The translations under genes were made by a program, and so were the position numbers. Below, one piece after another: positions 9,933 to 21,910 of a stretch of DNA of 64,000 nucleotides; the first letter of the stretch is position 1, and every line of letters starts with the position of its first letter. Under the pieces are notes generated by a model. The model ran no database searches, was not told the origin of the DNA, and was given only the letters and a program-made list of their open reading frames with translations. The stretch comes from an uncultured bacterium (GTDB taxonomy: Bacteria > Hydrothermota > Hydrothermia > B15-G9 > WFZT01), in NCBI GenBank assembly GCA_964571845.1, contig CAZNDM010000074.1, forward strand, positions 4,431 through 68,430, written 5' to 3'.

Positions 9933-10843
9933 ATCTCATTTTCTTCGGCTCAGGTGACTTCGCTACCATTGTCTTGAGAAAACTACTCACTGAAGGTGTG
10001 AACTTCCGGGCAGTTGTTACCCTCCCACCAGGGCCAAAGGGAAGGGGTAGAAAACTACGTGACCCTGAAGTTAAGGAAATTGCAGATAAGGCAGGTATTC
10101 CTGTCTTCCAACCTCAAAATCCAAATTCTGAAGAAACTCTCTTTTCACTTAAATTATTCAAACCAGACTTCTTAATTCTTACCGATTACGGGAAAATCCT
10201 AAAAAGACAACTCCTCGATCTTCCGGCTTTTTATCCATTAAACATTCATCCTTCGCTACTTCCAGAGTATAGAGGAGCGGCTCCGATAGAACGTGCAATG
10301 ATGGACTGTAAAGAAGAAACGGGAGTAACCTTAATGGTCATGGATGAAGGACTGGACACAGGTCCCATTGTCAAACAGGAACATATAAAAATTGGACCAA
10401 CTGAAATAAAATCTGAGCTCATGCTCCGTCTCGCAGAAACAGGAGTAAAACTGGTACTGGAGTCACTTTTACCACTCAAACTTAACAAATTAAGGCCCAA
10501 ACCTCAGCGAGGTAACCCGAGCTACGCTCACAAAATCCAGAAACAGGAACTATGGATTAACTGGGAAAAAACGGCTCAGAAAATTAAGTGCCACATCAAC
10601 GCCCTTTCCACAAAACCAGGTGTTAGGACTAATCTTGGTCCCTTAATGGTAAAGCTGATCAGGGCAGGTGTGTTCAATGACAGAAGTCCAGGCCCAGGTA
10701 AAATCGCAATAAAAGGGGATAAACTGCTCATTGGGGCTCTCGACTATTTTGTAGAAATACTTGAAATTCAACCACAGGGTAAAAAGATCATGTCGGCAGA
10801 AGAATTTCTAAGGGGATATAAAAGAAAACTCTCCACTGTTTGA
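9902..10843 (+). CDS. fmt: Methionyl-tRNA formyltransferase
   Basis: NIHPSLLPEYRGAAPI and GLDTGP motifs; follows def. Confidence 0.95.
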   Translation: MDQKTSLNGLNLIFFGSGDFATIVLRKLLTEGVNFRAVVTLPPGPKGRGRKLRDPEVKEIADKAGIPVFQPQNPNSEETLFSLKLFKPDFLILTDYGKILKRQLLDLPAFYPLNIHPSLLPEYRGAAPIERAMMDCKEETGVTLMVMDEGLDTGPIVKQEHIKIGPTEIKSELMLRLAETGVKLVLESLLPLKLNKLRPKPQRGNPSYAHKIQKQELWINWEKTAQKIKCHINALSTKPGVRTNLGPLMVKLIRAGVFNDRSPGPGKIAIKGDKLLIGALDYFVEILEIQPQGKKIMSAEEFLRGYKRKLSTV

Positions 10844-10868
10844 AGGTTCCCGTTCTGAAAATTACCAT
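10840..10868 (+). promoter_or_regulatory. Putative promoter for a leaderless transcript
   Basis: TTGAAG-17 nt-TACCAT; ATG 10876 lies 7 nt downstream with no SD. Confidence 0.45.
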
Positions 10869-10875
10869 TTAAACA

Positions 10876-11682
10876 ATGAAAAAGGGTTACGAAATCATCA
10901 TAGTCTCTCGGAAAAAGGTAATTAATAAATTCATACCCTCCTGGTTATTTAAATTATTTATTGCAATTGGGATTGTTACAGCTATCATCGTTGTTTCAGC
11001 GTTTTACACACATTACGAATATGTAAAAACAGAGAGAAAACTCCGATATGTGATGAAAGAAAACCGTAGATTGAAAGCGGAAAACGCAAAGATTGTACTC
11101 CTTGAGAAGAAATTGGAAAAGTTGTCTGAATTCAGAAAAAAGGTGGAAAACATGCTGGGTGTTCAAAACGCACCGCCTCCATTCAATATTGAAAAACTGG
11201 CATCAAAAGTAAGTGCAAAGAATAAAAGTGAGCGTAAAACTAAAGCTAAGAAGGTAAAACTTGCAGGGACTAACCCCATTGAACAAGAAATTATCAAAGC
11301 TGAGAAGGCGAACGTTTACACCCCATATGGAATGCCTGTTAAAGGTTACATAACCCGTGGGTTCACAGCATCTCATAAAGCCGTTGACATTGCAGCCCAA
11401 ACAGGCACTCCCATAATTGCCCCTGCAAACGGTATAGTTATTAAAGTCACCTATAATAAAAGATTCGGAAATCTCGTTGTTATATCTCACGGTGACATTT
11501 TCAAAACAGTTTACGGACATCTTGAGAAGGTTTTTGTAAAACCCGGTGACATCGTCAAAAAGGGTGATCTCATCGGCCTCGTGGGTAACACAGGATTATC
11601 AACCGGACCCCATCTTCACTATGAAATATGGAAAAACGGAAAACCTGTAAATCCAATGAAGTATCTAAAGTTTCCAGGATGA
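10876..11682 (+). CDS. M23-family peptidase (second paralogue)
   Basis: HKAVD and STGPHLHYEI motifs; N-terminal TM and coiled coil. Confidence 0.9.
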   Translation: MKKGYEIIIVSRKKVINKFIPSWLFKLFIAIGIVTAIIVVSAFYTHYEYVKTERKLRYVMKENRRLKAENAKIVLLEKKLEKLSEFRKKVENMLGVQNAPPPFNIEKLASKVSAKNKSERKTKAKKVKLAGTNPIEQEIIKAEKANVYTPYGMPVKGYITRGFTASHKAVDIAAQTGTPIIAPANGIVIKVTYNKRFGNLVVISHGDIFKTVYGHLEKVFVKPGDIVKKGDLIGLVGNTGLSTGPHLHYEIWKNGKPVNPMKYLKFPG

Positions 11683-13127
11683 TTATCAGAGCGGAAAAAG
11701 CTTTCATAAACGGCAATTTTCAGAATAATGTTACTCTCGCCATCCACAGAGGAGTTTTTGAAGATCCAGTTACTTTGTTAAAACCAAAGGATAAAAGCCT
11801 GGATTTCAACATTATTGTTCCGGGATTCATTGACGCCCATACACATTTGTGGCAGTATGGACTGTTTATTTCACGCCCCAACCTCAAAGAAACAAGAAGT
11901 ATCAAAGAAACACTCGAATTCATTGAGAGTATTGTAAAAAGCGGGGCCTATCGTCCACCCATAATATTTGAGGAATTCGATCAGAGTAACTGGCAGGAAA
12001 AGAGATTTATCACCAAAAAGGAGCTCGACCGGGTCACAGGAACAGTTCCGGTAATTTTGAGACGCGTGTGCGGTCATATTGCCATAGCAAATACTGCCGC
12101 TCTCAGGCTAATTCCTTCAAAAACAGCTGGAGTTGACAAAAAATCTGGACTTTTGCTTGAGGAAGTACCTTTGAGAATAAATGATTACTTTCCTCCTGAT
12201 TTTGAAGATATAAAACTTGCAATCCTCAGTGCGCAGGATAGAATGCTATCCCTTGGAATAACATCAGTTCATGAGTTTGGAGGCCCAGACATTTTCAAAG
12301 CCTATGAAGAGTTGGCTTCTGCTGACCTTTTGAAAATCAGAATATACTTCAATTTTTATGAGAGGGATATAAAAAAAATTATTGATCTCGGCCTCAAAAC
12401 AGGCTTCGGTAATAATATTTTGAGAATCGGTGGAATTAAAGTTTTCATGGATGGTTCAGTTGGTGGCAAAACTGCTGCATTTTTTGAAAATTATGTCGGG
12501 GAGAAACACAATGGAAAGCTGCTCAAATCTCAAGAAGAGATGGAGAAATTAATTACTACAGCCCAGGACCACGGAATACAACTCCTTGTTCATGCCATAG
12601 GTACGAAGGCTATAAGAACTGCGCTCCTTGCCTTTAAAAATGCGCTTGCGGGTGGCAACTACCTACGACACCGAATAGAGCATTTTGAATTTCCTGAAGA
12701 GCAGGATCTCAAACTGGCCAGCAGCATGGGAATTTTAATATCATCACAACCAAATTTTATTACACGGTGGGGTGGAGTTGAAGGCATGTACTATGAATTT
12801 CTTGGAGAAAATCGCTGGAGAATAAATAATCCCTTCAGGAAGATGCTCAAATACGGATTAAAAGTCGCTTTCGGATCTGATGCCATGCCTCCCTCACCAT
12901 CCTATGGAATTAAAGGAGCTGTCAGACACCCTGTTCAGGAAAATTCCATAAGCTTTGAAAAGGCTGTTGAGCTTTACACAGAAATGGGAGCATTCTTTTC
13001 TTTTGAGGAAGATATTAAGGGCAAAATTCAACGCGGCCTATTCGCAGATTTCGTCGTGATTGACAAAGTGTCACCAGACTTTAACGTTCAATCCGTTTTT
13101 ATAAATGGGATCAGGGTCTCTGGCTGA
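11679..13127 (+). CDS. Amidohydrolase family 3 protein (YtcJ-like)
   Basis: PGFIDAHTH, GIKVFMDGS, HAIG, RIEH and FGSD motifs; ATGA coupling to the M23 stop. Confidence 0.9.
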   Translation: MIIRAEKAFINGNFQNNVTLAIHRGVFEDPVTLLKPKDKSLDFNIIVPGFIDAHTHLWQYGLFISRPNLKETRSIKETLEFIESIVKSGAYRPPIIFEEFDQSNWQEKRFITKKELDRVTGTVPVILRRVCGHIAIANTAALRLIPSKTAGVDKKSGLLLEEVPLRINDYFPPDFEDIKLAILSAQDRMLSLGITSVHEFGGPDIFKAYEELASADLLKIRIYFNFYERDIKKIIDLGLKTGFGNNILRIGGIKVFMDGSVGGKTAAFFENYVGEKHNGKLLKSQEEMEKLITTAQDHGIQLLVHAIGTKAIRTALLAFKNALAGGNYLRHRIEHFEFPEEQDLKLASSMGILISSQPNFITRWGGVEGMYYEFLGENRWRINNPFRKMLKYGLKVAFGSDAMPPSPSYGIKGAVRHPVQENSISFEKAVELYTEMGAFFSFEEDIKGKIQRGLFADFVVIDKVSPDFNVQSVFINGIRVSG

Positions 13128-13564
13128 CTCCTCAGACGTCTGTAAACTTCAAGTCCTCTCTTTATCACTTTTACAGCACGATCTGGAGGATTGTACTTCC
13201 ATAATTCATCAATAGTTATCCACCTTAATTCAGTACTATCTGACATTGGTTCTGCTTTACCCGAAACATATTCAAGCAGAAAATCCACAATCACGTAGTG
13301 GAACCTGACTCTCCCATCTCTGTCATGAAAGATTTGCTCAAAAACTTCGATGATTCCGAGAGGTTTTACTTTAATCTGACACTCTTCAAATATTTCTCTT
13401 ACAATTGCATCCTGAAGTTTCTCACCTGGCTCAACAGCTCCACCCGGCAACGTCCATACATCTTTGAGGGGTTCTTTCCCCCTCCTCGCCAGTAAAAATC
13501 TATCTTCATCTAAAACCAATCCCCCGACCGAAAGGATCGGGGAATCTGGATATTCTCTTTTCAT
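13088..13564 (-). CDS. NUDIX hydrolase
   Basis: GGAVEPGEKLQDAIVREIFEEC Nudix box. Confidence 0.9.
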   Translation of the reverse strand: MKREYPDSPILSVGGLVLDEDRFLLARRGKEPLKDVWTLPGGAVEPGEKLQDAIVREIFEECQIKVKPLGIIEVFEQIFHDRDGRVRFHYVIVDFLLEYVSGKAEPMSDSTELRWITIDELWKYNPPDRAVKVIKRGLEVYRRLRSQPETLIPFIKTD

Positions 13565-13584
13565 CAAATTTTAGATTTCATTTC

Positions 13585-15872
<2,288 letters not shown>

Positions 15873-15880
15873 ATTATCAG

Positions 15881-16204
15881 CTATTTTAACTTTTCGAGGA
15901 GCTTTAGATTCCTATCTCTTACCATGTCACTAACGATCTTAACAAGCTCATAGACGCGATCATCGGCAACACTGTAGTAAACATTAACGCCCTGCTTCCT
16001 TGACTTGAGGATACCAGCTTTCTTCAGAATTGACAGATGTCTTGAAACAGCGGACTGGTCTATCCCCAGAATGGGAATCAGATCACAGGCACATTTCTCA
16101 CCTTCCTTCAACAACTCAAGAATAAGGATCCTCCTTCCACATGCAAGTGCAGAAAAGATATCTTTACGTGGATCATCTATGTCCTTCGCATACTTTGCTG
16201 CCAT
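15881..16204 (-). CDS. ArsR/SmtB-family transcriptional regulator
   Basis: EKCACDL...QSAVSRHLSILKKAG...VYY; AGGAGGT SD before ATG 16204. Confidence 0.9.
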   Translation of the reverse strand: MAAKYAKDIDDPRKDIFSALACGRRILILELLKEGEKCACDLIPILGIDQSAVSRHLSILKKAGILKSRKQGVNVYYSVADDRVYELVKIVSDMVRDRNLKLLEKLK

Positions 16205-16238
16205 TATCGTACCTCCTCTTGGATTTTTTGTTTCGTTT

Positions 16239-16267
16239 AGATTAACGTTATATTTAAAGTTTGTCAA
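16239..16267 (-). promoter_or_regulatory. Promoter of the arsR-nfnAB operon with overlapping palindrome
   Basis: TTGACA-17 nt-TAATCT on the minus strand; the palindrome TAACGTTA overlaps the spacer and -10. Confidence 0.5.
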
Positions 16268-16313
16268 GTGTTAATATTAATTTTAGGCAATTTGTTATGA
16301 TAGGCAAAGTTAA

Positions 16314-17579
16314 TCAGCCACTATTTAACCTGTTTTTAAGCGACTTTAATCTCCTGACCGTCTCATATCCATAGTAAGCTATGGGAAAAACTATATTGTT
16401 TTGCAGGAGTGGTTCTGCTATATCCAGTATCTTCCGTGCTTTCTCTCCATCAGGTGTACCCGGTATCGGAGAATACTCAGATAGCATGATTTTCAATCCA
16501 AGCTCTGCAATTTCTCTCATGCCCTGTTCCACTTCTTCTGGTGGTTGACCGGGGAGACCCATCATCAAGTAAACCGTAATCTGTTCCCTCTCAAATCCCG
16601 CAGATAGTAAATTTTCAACGGCATTATAAAAATGTCGGGATGTAACCTTTCCCCCTGTGTCCTTCTGTCTCTCAACGTCAGTTGTCTCATATCCAATATA
16701 AATCGTCTCAAATCCCGCTTTTTTCATAGCGTAAGCTACTTCCAGGGTAATGTATCTGGCATGCAGGGCATTGGGAGTATGAAATTTCAACCCCATCTCT
16801 GAAACTGCATCAAGGAGTGGTAGTATTCCCCTTCCTGGATTTACAAGTAGGGCATCGTCATAAAAAACAATATTTTCGATTCCTCTTCTCCTGAAATGAT
16901 CTATTTCTTCAAGTACTCTATCGATGTTTCGAACTCTGAAACGAGGATTCAAGATCCATACAGCACAGTAGGTGCACCTAAATGGGCATCCTTCTGTAAG
17001 CTTAATTACCCCATAATCGAGTTTCTCATAAACATCCCATAACGGGGATGAATTCCCGTTGAGAGATTCCACACCCAAAAAATTCGAAAAACTATCTAAA
17101 TCTGTAAAAATATGGTCTGGGTCAAGAGTTTTTACGGCATGTTCAGGTATGATCGAGGAGTAAATTCCACCGAGAACGATTTTTGTTGAAGGAAAAATTT
17201 CTCTAACAGTTTTTGTCACTTCATTAACTCCAGGGTACCAATAGGTCATCCCGGTTGAGACAAGGGTAAAATCTGGCGCCGGGATATTCGAAAGATAAGT
17301 ACGGAACAACTCGACTGGGGCACCATATCTTTTGAACTTCCGAGGAACAAAGTCGAGGACGTCCGGCTTTCGAATCTCGATACTGTAGAATTTACCCCGC
17401 CCATATCTATCAGATTTTGCATGTGGAAACAGATGTCTATCCATGAAATCAAAGAAATAGATTGAATCGATCCCACTATTTTTCAGAATACCTGCAATAT
17501 GAACAAGTCCGTAGGGCTTGAGCCAGAAGTCATGTGCGGCAAAGTCATATATGGGTGGATTTACGAGAAGGACGTTCAT
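16314..17579 (-). CDS. B12-binding-domain radical SAM protein
   Basis: VLLVNP N-terminus, GGIY, and GCPFRCTYC (CxxxCxxC). Start placed at MNVLLVNP. Confidence 0.85.
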   Translation of the reverse strand: MNVLLVNPPIYDFAAHDFWLKPYGLVHIAGILKNSGIDSIYFFDFMDRHLFPHAKSDRYGRGKFYSIEIRKPDVLDFVPRKFKRYGAPVELFRTYLSNIPAPDFTLVSTGMTYWYPGVNEVTKTVREIFPSTKIVLGGIYSSIIPEHAVKTLDPDHIFTDLDSFSNFLGVESLNGNSSPLWDVYEKLDYGVIKLTEGCPFRCTYCAVWILNPRFRVRNIDRVLEEIDHFRRRGIENIVFYDDALLVNPGRGILPLLDAVSEMGLKFHTPNALHARYITLEVAYAMKKAGFETIYIGYETTDVERQKDTGGKVTSRHFYNAVENLLSAGFEREQITVYLMMGLPGQPPEEVEQGMREIAELGLKIMLSEYSPIPGTPDGEKARKILDIAEPLLQNNIVFPIAYYGYETVRRLKSLKNRLNSG

Positions 17580-17636
17580 TTTCCTCTGGTGTGACATTAT
17601 AATTGAGACCCAACAAATCTTGAAGGAGGAATCAAA

Positions 17637-17855
17637 ATGCCAGTTCCAAAGAGGAGACATTCACGGGCGAGAGGTAGAAAACGTCGTACTCATTATGTTG
17701 CATCAGCCCCGGCATTGTCTGTATGCCCTAATTGCGGAAGACCAAAAATGCCCCATAGGGTCTGTCCATACTGTGGATATTACGACGGCAAAAAAGTCAT
17801 TGAAGTAAAAGTTAAAGTTAAGGAAAAGGCAGCTGAGGGCGAAGCCCAGGCATAG
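17637..17855 (+). CDS. rpmF: 50S ribosomal protein L32 (zinc-binding type)
   Basis: MPVPKRRHSRARGRKRRTH...CPNCG...HRVCPYCGYY. Confidence 0.97.
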   Translation: MPVPKRRHSRARGRKRRTHYVASAPALSVCPNCGRPKMPHRVCPYCGYYDGKKVIEVKVKVKEKAAEGEAQA

Positions 17856-17858
17856 ATT

Positions 17859-18872
17859 ATGGCTTATAAGGTTGCCCTTGACGCATTTGGAAGTGACAGG
17901 GCACCTCATATTGAAATTGAGGGGGCTGTTAAGGTCTGCGAAGAGAATGACGATGTAGAAATATTCCTCGTCGGGGACAAAAAAATTCTGGGAGATGCCC
18001 TTTTAAATCATAAAAAGTGCCGGGGTAAAAAGATTTATCTCGTACACGCGCCACAGAGGGTAACCATGCACGACAAACCCTCTATGGCACTGAGGAAGAA
18101 ACCTCACTCATCAATCGCAGTTGGTCTACAGCTTGTTGCTAATGGACAGGCAGACGCTTTCGTTTCTGCAGGTAACACTGGTGCAGTTATGGCATACTCC
18201 CTGAAAATTCTTGGACGACTTGAAGGAGTACAGAGACCAGGAATTGCAGCACTCGTCCCCACTCTTGGAGGTGGATTTACTATCATTATCGATGTGGGAG
18301 CAAATATCCAGACAAAACCTGAGCACCTTCTTCAATACGCTCTGATGGGAAAAATTTTTATGGAATTCGTCCTGAATGTAAGGGATCCAAGAGTGGGTCT
18401 CCTCTCTATCGGGGAAGAGGCCAGCAAGGGGAATCAACTTATTAAAGAATCTCGTATATTGCTTGAGAAAAATCCAAACATCAATTTCATAGGTCATGTG
18501 GAGGGAAATCATGTTCTCGAAGGAATAGCAGATGTGATAATAACGGACGGATTCACTGGAAATGTAGTGCTTAAATTTGGTGAGGGAGCTATCAATGTAT
18601 TCATCAAATTAATCAAGGAAGAAGTTAAAAAAAGCATACTTGCTACAATTGCAGGTCTCTTCCTAAAACCTGTTTTCAAGAAACTAAAGCGGAGACTCAA
18701 CTACGAGGAATATGGAGGAGCCCCTCTCCTTGGGGTTGATGGGGTAGTGATCATCGGTCACGGAAGATCCACATCCCTTGCTATCAAAAATGCCATTCTC
18801 ACAGCAGTCAGATACATAGAAAGAGATGTGAACTCCCATATAAAAGATGAGCTTTCGCTTGCCATAACATGA
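17859..18872 (+). CDS. plsX: Phosphate acyltransferase PlsX
   Basis: ALDAFGSD, SAGNTGA, DGFTGNVVLK and GGAPLLGV motifs; follows rpmF. Confidence 0.96.
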   Translation: MAYKVALDAFGSDRAPHIEIEGAVKVCEENDDVEIFLVGDKKILGDALLNHKKCRGKKIYLVHAPQRVTMHDKPSMALRKKPHSSIAVGLQLVANGQADAFVSAGNTGAVMAYSLKILGRLEGVQRPGIAALVPTLGGGFTIIIDVGANIQTKPEHLLQYALMGKIFMEFVLNVRDPRVGLLSIGEEASKGNQLIKESRILLEKNPNINFIGHVEGNHVLEGIADVIITDGFTGNVVLKFGEGAINVFIKLIKEEVKKSILATIAGLFLKPVFKKLKRRLNYEEYGGAPLLGVDGVVIIGHGRSTSLAIKNAILTAVRYIERDVNSHIKDELSLAIT

Positions 18873-19606
18873 TAAAAGTAGGAACCTGTGGATTCCCGGT
18901 TGCACGCTCAAAACTTTTTCCCTCAGTTGATGTCGTTGAGACACAGAAGACCTTTTACACTATAGTTAAAGAAAGCACCCTCCGAAAATGGCGTTTTGAG
19001 GCTCCGGAATCTCTTGAATTCACTGTGAAAGCCCTTCAGATTATAACACATCCAGCCCAGAGTCCAACCTACAGAAAACTCGGAAATGATGTTGGAAATC
19101 GAGAAAATTATGGCTTCTTCAAACCTTCATCCGAGGTCGATAGAGCGATGACTATAACCTTAGAATCGGCATTCATACTGAAAGCAAAAATTATTGTTTT
19201 CCAGACCCCCGCCTCTTTTAAACCAACCAATAAGAATATCGATAACATTATTAATTTCTTCAAAAAATGGAGAACAAGTGATCTTATCTTTGTGTGGGAG
19301 CCACGCGGAAAGTGGGATGGTGCGACAGTACAAAAAATCCTTGCCGAAACGGGCATTTCCCATGCTGTAGATCCATTTAAAAATAAGTATTTAGGAGGCA
19401 AGATTGCCTATTTTAGACTTCATGGAAGGGGCAAAGGCTATCGTTATGTTTACACAAATGAAGACTTCAGAGAATTAAGAAATCTCCTGCCTGAAGACAG
19501 AAACTCCTATGTAATGTTCAACAATACAAATATGTTTAACGATGCGATAAGATTTAAGGAATTCCTCAGATTGAATAGATTTCAAACATCTTCTCCAGAA
19601 AGCTGA
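18869..19606 (+). CDS. DUF72 domain-containing protein
   Basis: VGTCGF, VETQKTFY, FTVKA, QTPASF, WEPRG, YFRLHG and VMFNN motifs. Confidence 0.88.
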   Translation: MIKVGTCGFPVARSKLFPSVDVVETQKTFYTIVKESTLRKWRFEAPESLEFTVKALQIITHPAQSPTYRKLGNDVGNRENYGFFKPSSEVDRAMTITLESAFILKAKIIVFQTPASFKPTNKNIDNIINFFKKWRTSDLIFVWEPRGKWDGATVQKILAETGISHAVDPFKNKYLGGKIAYFRLHGRGKGYRYVYTNEDFRELRNLLPEDRNSYVMFNNTNMFNDAIRFKEFLRLNRFQTSSPES

Positions 19607-19824
19607 GATTCAAGTTCCTTTTTAAGTATTTCAAACTCTTGCCTGTCAATTTTGCCGGATTGGAGATCGTATTCGAGCTCCCTCAAAGCCTCTCTGTAGT
19701 GTACCTCTAAATCTTTTAATTTTCTTTCTCCAGTAAGAGGGACAGTAGTCTTCAAAATTATTGGCTCAAGAATATAGTAAAGTGAAACAGCTGCTATTAT
19801 ACCTATAACAATTGCTGGTATCAT
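19582..19824 (-). CDS. Small membrane protein resembling the CcmI/CycH N-terminal segment
   Basis: One TM followed by YREALRELEYDLQSGKIDRQEF; coupled to ccmF by a 4-nt overlap. Confidence 0.6.
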   Translation of the reverse strand: MIPAIVIGIIAAVSLYYILEPIILKTTVPLTGERKLKDLEVHYREALRELEYDLQSGKIDRQEFEILKKELESQLSGEDV

Positions 19825-21767
19825 TCCTTTCTACTCCAGGGATTATATGCAAGAATTCCACCAAGGATAACGAGTAAGGTACCTGCCCATAGAATTTGTA
19901 TAAGAGGCTCAACCATCACGTGGAAATAAGCAACTTCTCCTTTCTTCTCCCACCCAGATAATGAAATATAAAGGTCGCCATAAATTGAGGGATATATATC
20001 AACCTCAGAGCTTGGTTCATTTTCCCAATTCACATAAAACCTTTTCTGAGGTTTCAGTATATCTACAAGCCTGCCATTCTTGTCGAAAACTTTAACCGTT
20101 GCCTGCACAATCTGGGCGTTTGGAATATTAAAAGCTATTAAGTCAGTGTATTTCAAAGTGAAATTTTTAACTTTATGAGATCCACCCTTTGTAAGTTTGA
20201 AGTCATCCTTATGAAGATAGAAACCGGATCCAATAATGCCAAGTGCCGTCAAAGCAATCCCAAAATGTACAACATATCCACCATATTTCCGTGGATTAAG
20301 CATAAACATCTTCCATATTGCTTTAAAGAAATTCCCATCTCTTCTGATTCTCACTTTTAGATCAGAAAGGAAATCCTCGATGGTTGAGATCAGCATAAAT
20401 GTGGTAAGGATATACATAATCAGAGGCAAAATCTGATGTGCACCAAGGAACCAGTACAAAATTCCAAGAAGAACGCTCATCACTGCTGGTACAATCACAC
20501 CTTTAATCAGATGCTTGCTTCTCGCACGTCTCCAGCCTAAGTGAATGCATATTCCCATCAAAATTACAATAATTGCAAAAAACGGCAGGGACGATTGATT
20601 GTAGAAGCTCGTCTTTACAGTGATTTCTTTCCCTGTAAAAATTTTGCTAAAAAGTGGAATAGAAGTTCCGATGAAGACAACAAAGGCGAGTGCGAAAAAC
20701 ACCCAGTTCGTAAGATATATAAACCCCTCACGCGAAAAAATAGTGAGTATCTTTCTCTGTGATTGTAGGAGTGAATTTCTTTTTATTATCAGGTAAATAA
20801 GCAAAATCCCAAGGCCAAACATGTAAACCAGGAAGAAATTGCCAAGTGGACTCTGGGCAAAGGCGTGAACCGAGGAGATAATACCACTTCTCGATATGTA
20901 TGTTCCAAAAATGGCGGTGATATAGGTAAGGAAAATCAGAATTATTGACCATCTTTTTAATATATTTCCTCTTTCCTGAGCAATAATTGAATGGAGAAAG
21001 GCCGTACCAAGCAACCACGGAATCAGGGATGAATTTTCAACCGGGTCCCAGCCCCAGTAACCACCCCATCCAAGCTCAATATAAGACCATCTTGCACCAA
21101 AAAATATCCCTGTTGTCAGGAAAATCCACGCAAGCAGGGACCATTTCCGGACTCGTACAATCCATTCTTCATCGATCTTACCCGTAAAAAGGGCGGCAAA
21201 AGCATAGGAAAAAGGAATTGCATACCCAACATATCCAAGATAAAGTGTAGGCGGATGTATTATCATCCAGATATTTTGAAGCAGAGGGTTCATACCCACG
21301 CCATCAGGCGGTGTAAAATCCATCCTCTTCAAAGGATTTGAGAAAAATGTCAGTATTAACAAAAGGAATAAAAAAGTAAATGACAAAATCATATAGGCGT
21401 AGCTATTAAAATCCGATAGATCTCCGTGATTCTCCCATATAACTATAATTGTGAATAGTCCAAGTAGCCAGATCCAGAGAACGAGGGAGCCGGATTGCCC
21501 AGCCCACAAAGCTGTGATCTTGTAAAACAATGGTAGCTCCCGGTTTGTATAATGGGCAACATATTCAACACTAAAATCTGATGTAATAAGGACATAAAGT
21601 AGAGAAATAATTACAAGTGTAAGTAAGGCGAAGATAACATATATCCCTCTCAGTGCTGAAAGTCGAAAATCGTAATTTTTCTTCAAAAGACCAAGAATGA
21701 AGAATACAGAGGAAAGAATGGAAACAATAAATGCAATGTATATTGAATACTGCCCGATTTCAGCCAT
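19821..21767 (-). CDS. ccmF: Cytochrome c heme lyase CcmF/NrfE
   Basis: MIIHPP, WGGYWGWDPVEN (WWD domain) and SVHAF motifs. Confidence 0.95.
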   Translation of the reverse strand: MAEIGQYSIYIAFIVSILSSVFFILGLLKKNYDFRLSALRGIYVIFALLTLVIISLLYVLITSDFSVEYVAHYTNRELPLFYKITALWAGQSGSLVLWIWLLGLFTIIVIWENHGDLSDFNSYAYMILSFTFLFLLLILTFFSNPLKRMDFTPPDGVGMNPLLQNIWMIIHPPTLYLGYVGYAIPFSYAFAALFTGKIDEEWIVRVRKWSLLAWIFLTTGIFFGARWSYIELGWGGYWGWDPVENSSLIPWLLGTAFLHSIIAQERGNILKRWSIILIFLTYITAIFGTYISRSGIISSVHAFAQSPLGNFFLVYMFGLGILLIYLIIKRNSLLQSQRKILTIFSREGFIYLTNWVFFALAFVVFIGTSIPLFSKIFTGKEITVKTSFYNQSSLPFFAIIVILMGICIHLGWRRARSKHLIKGVIVPAVMSVLLGILYWFLGAHQILPLIMYILTTFMLISTIEDFLSDLKVRIRRDGNFFKAIWKMFMLNPRKYGGYVVHFGIALTALGIIGSGFYLHKDDFKLTKGGSHKVKNFTLKYTDLIAFNIPNAQIVQATVKVFDKNGRLVDILKPQKRFYVNWENEPSSEVDIYPSIYGDLYISLSGWEKKGEVAYFHVMVEPLIQILWAGTLLVILGGILAYNPWSRKE

Positions 21768-21776
21768 CGGCCATGA

Positions 21777-21806
21777 ATTATACTTATGAGATCCTCACTG
21801 TGTCAA
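21777..21806 (-). promoter_or_regulatory. Promoter for ccmF (very short leader)
   Basis: TTGACA-18 nt-TATAAT on the minus strand; ATG 9 nt downstream, no SD. Confidence 0.55.
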
Positions 21807-21910
21807 GCTGAGTTATAATGATTTTTAATTAATATCCGTTACCTTCCAATCTCCATCATATCTCCAGAGGTTAAAAATGATACCAAATGGGTTTAAACTA
21901 AAACCCTGTT

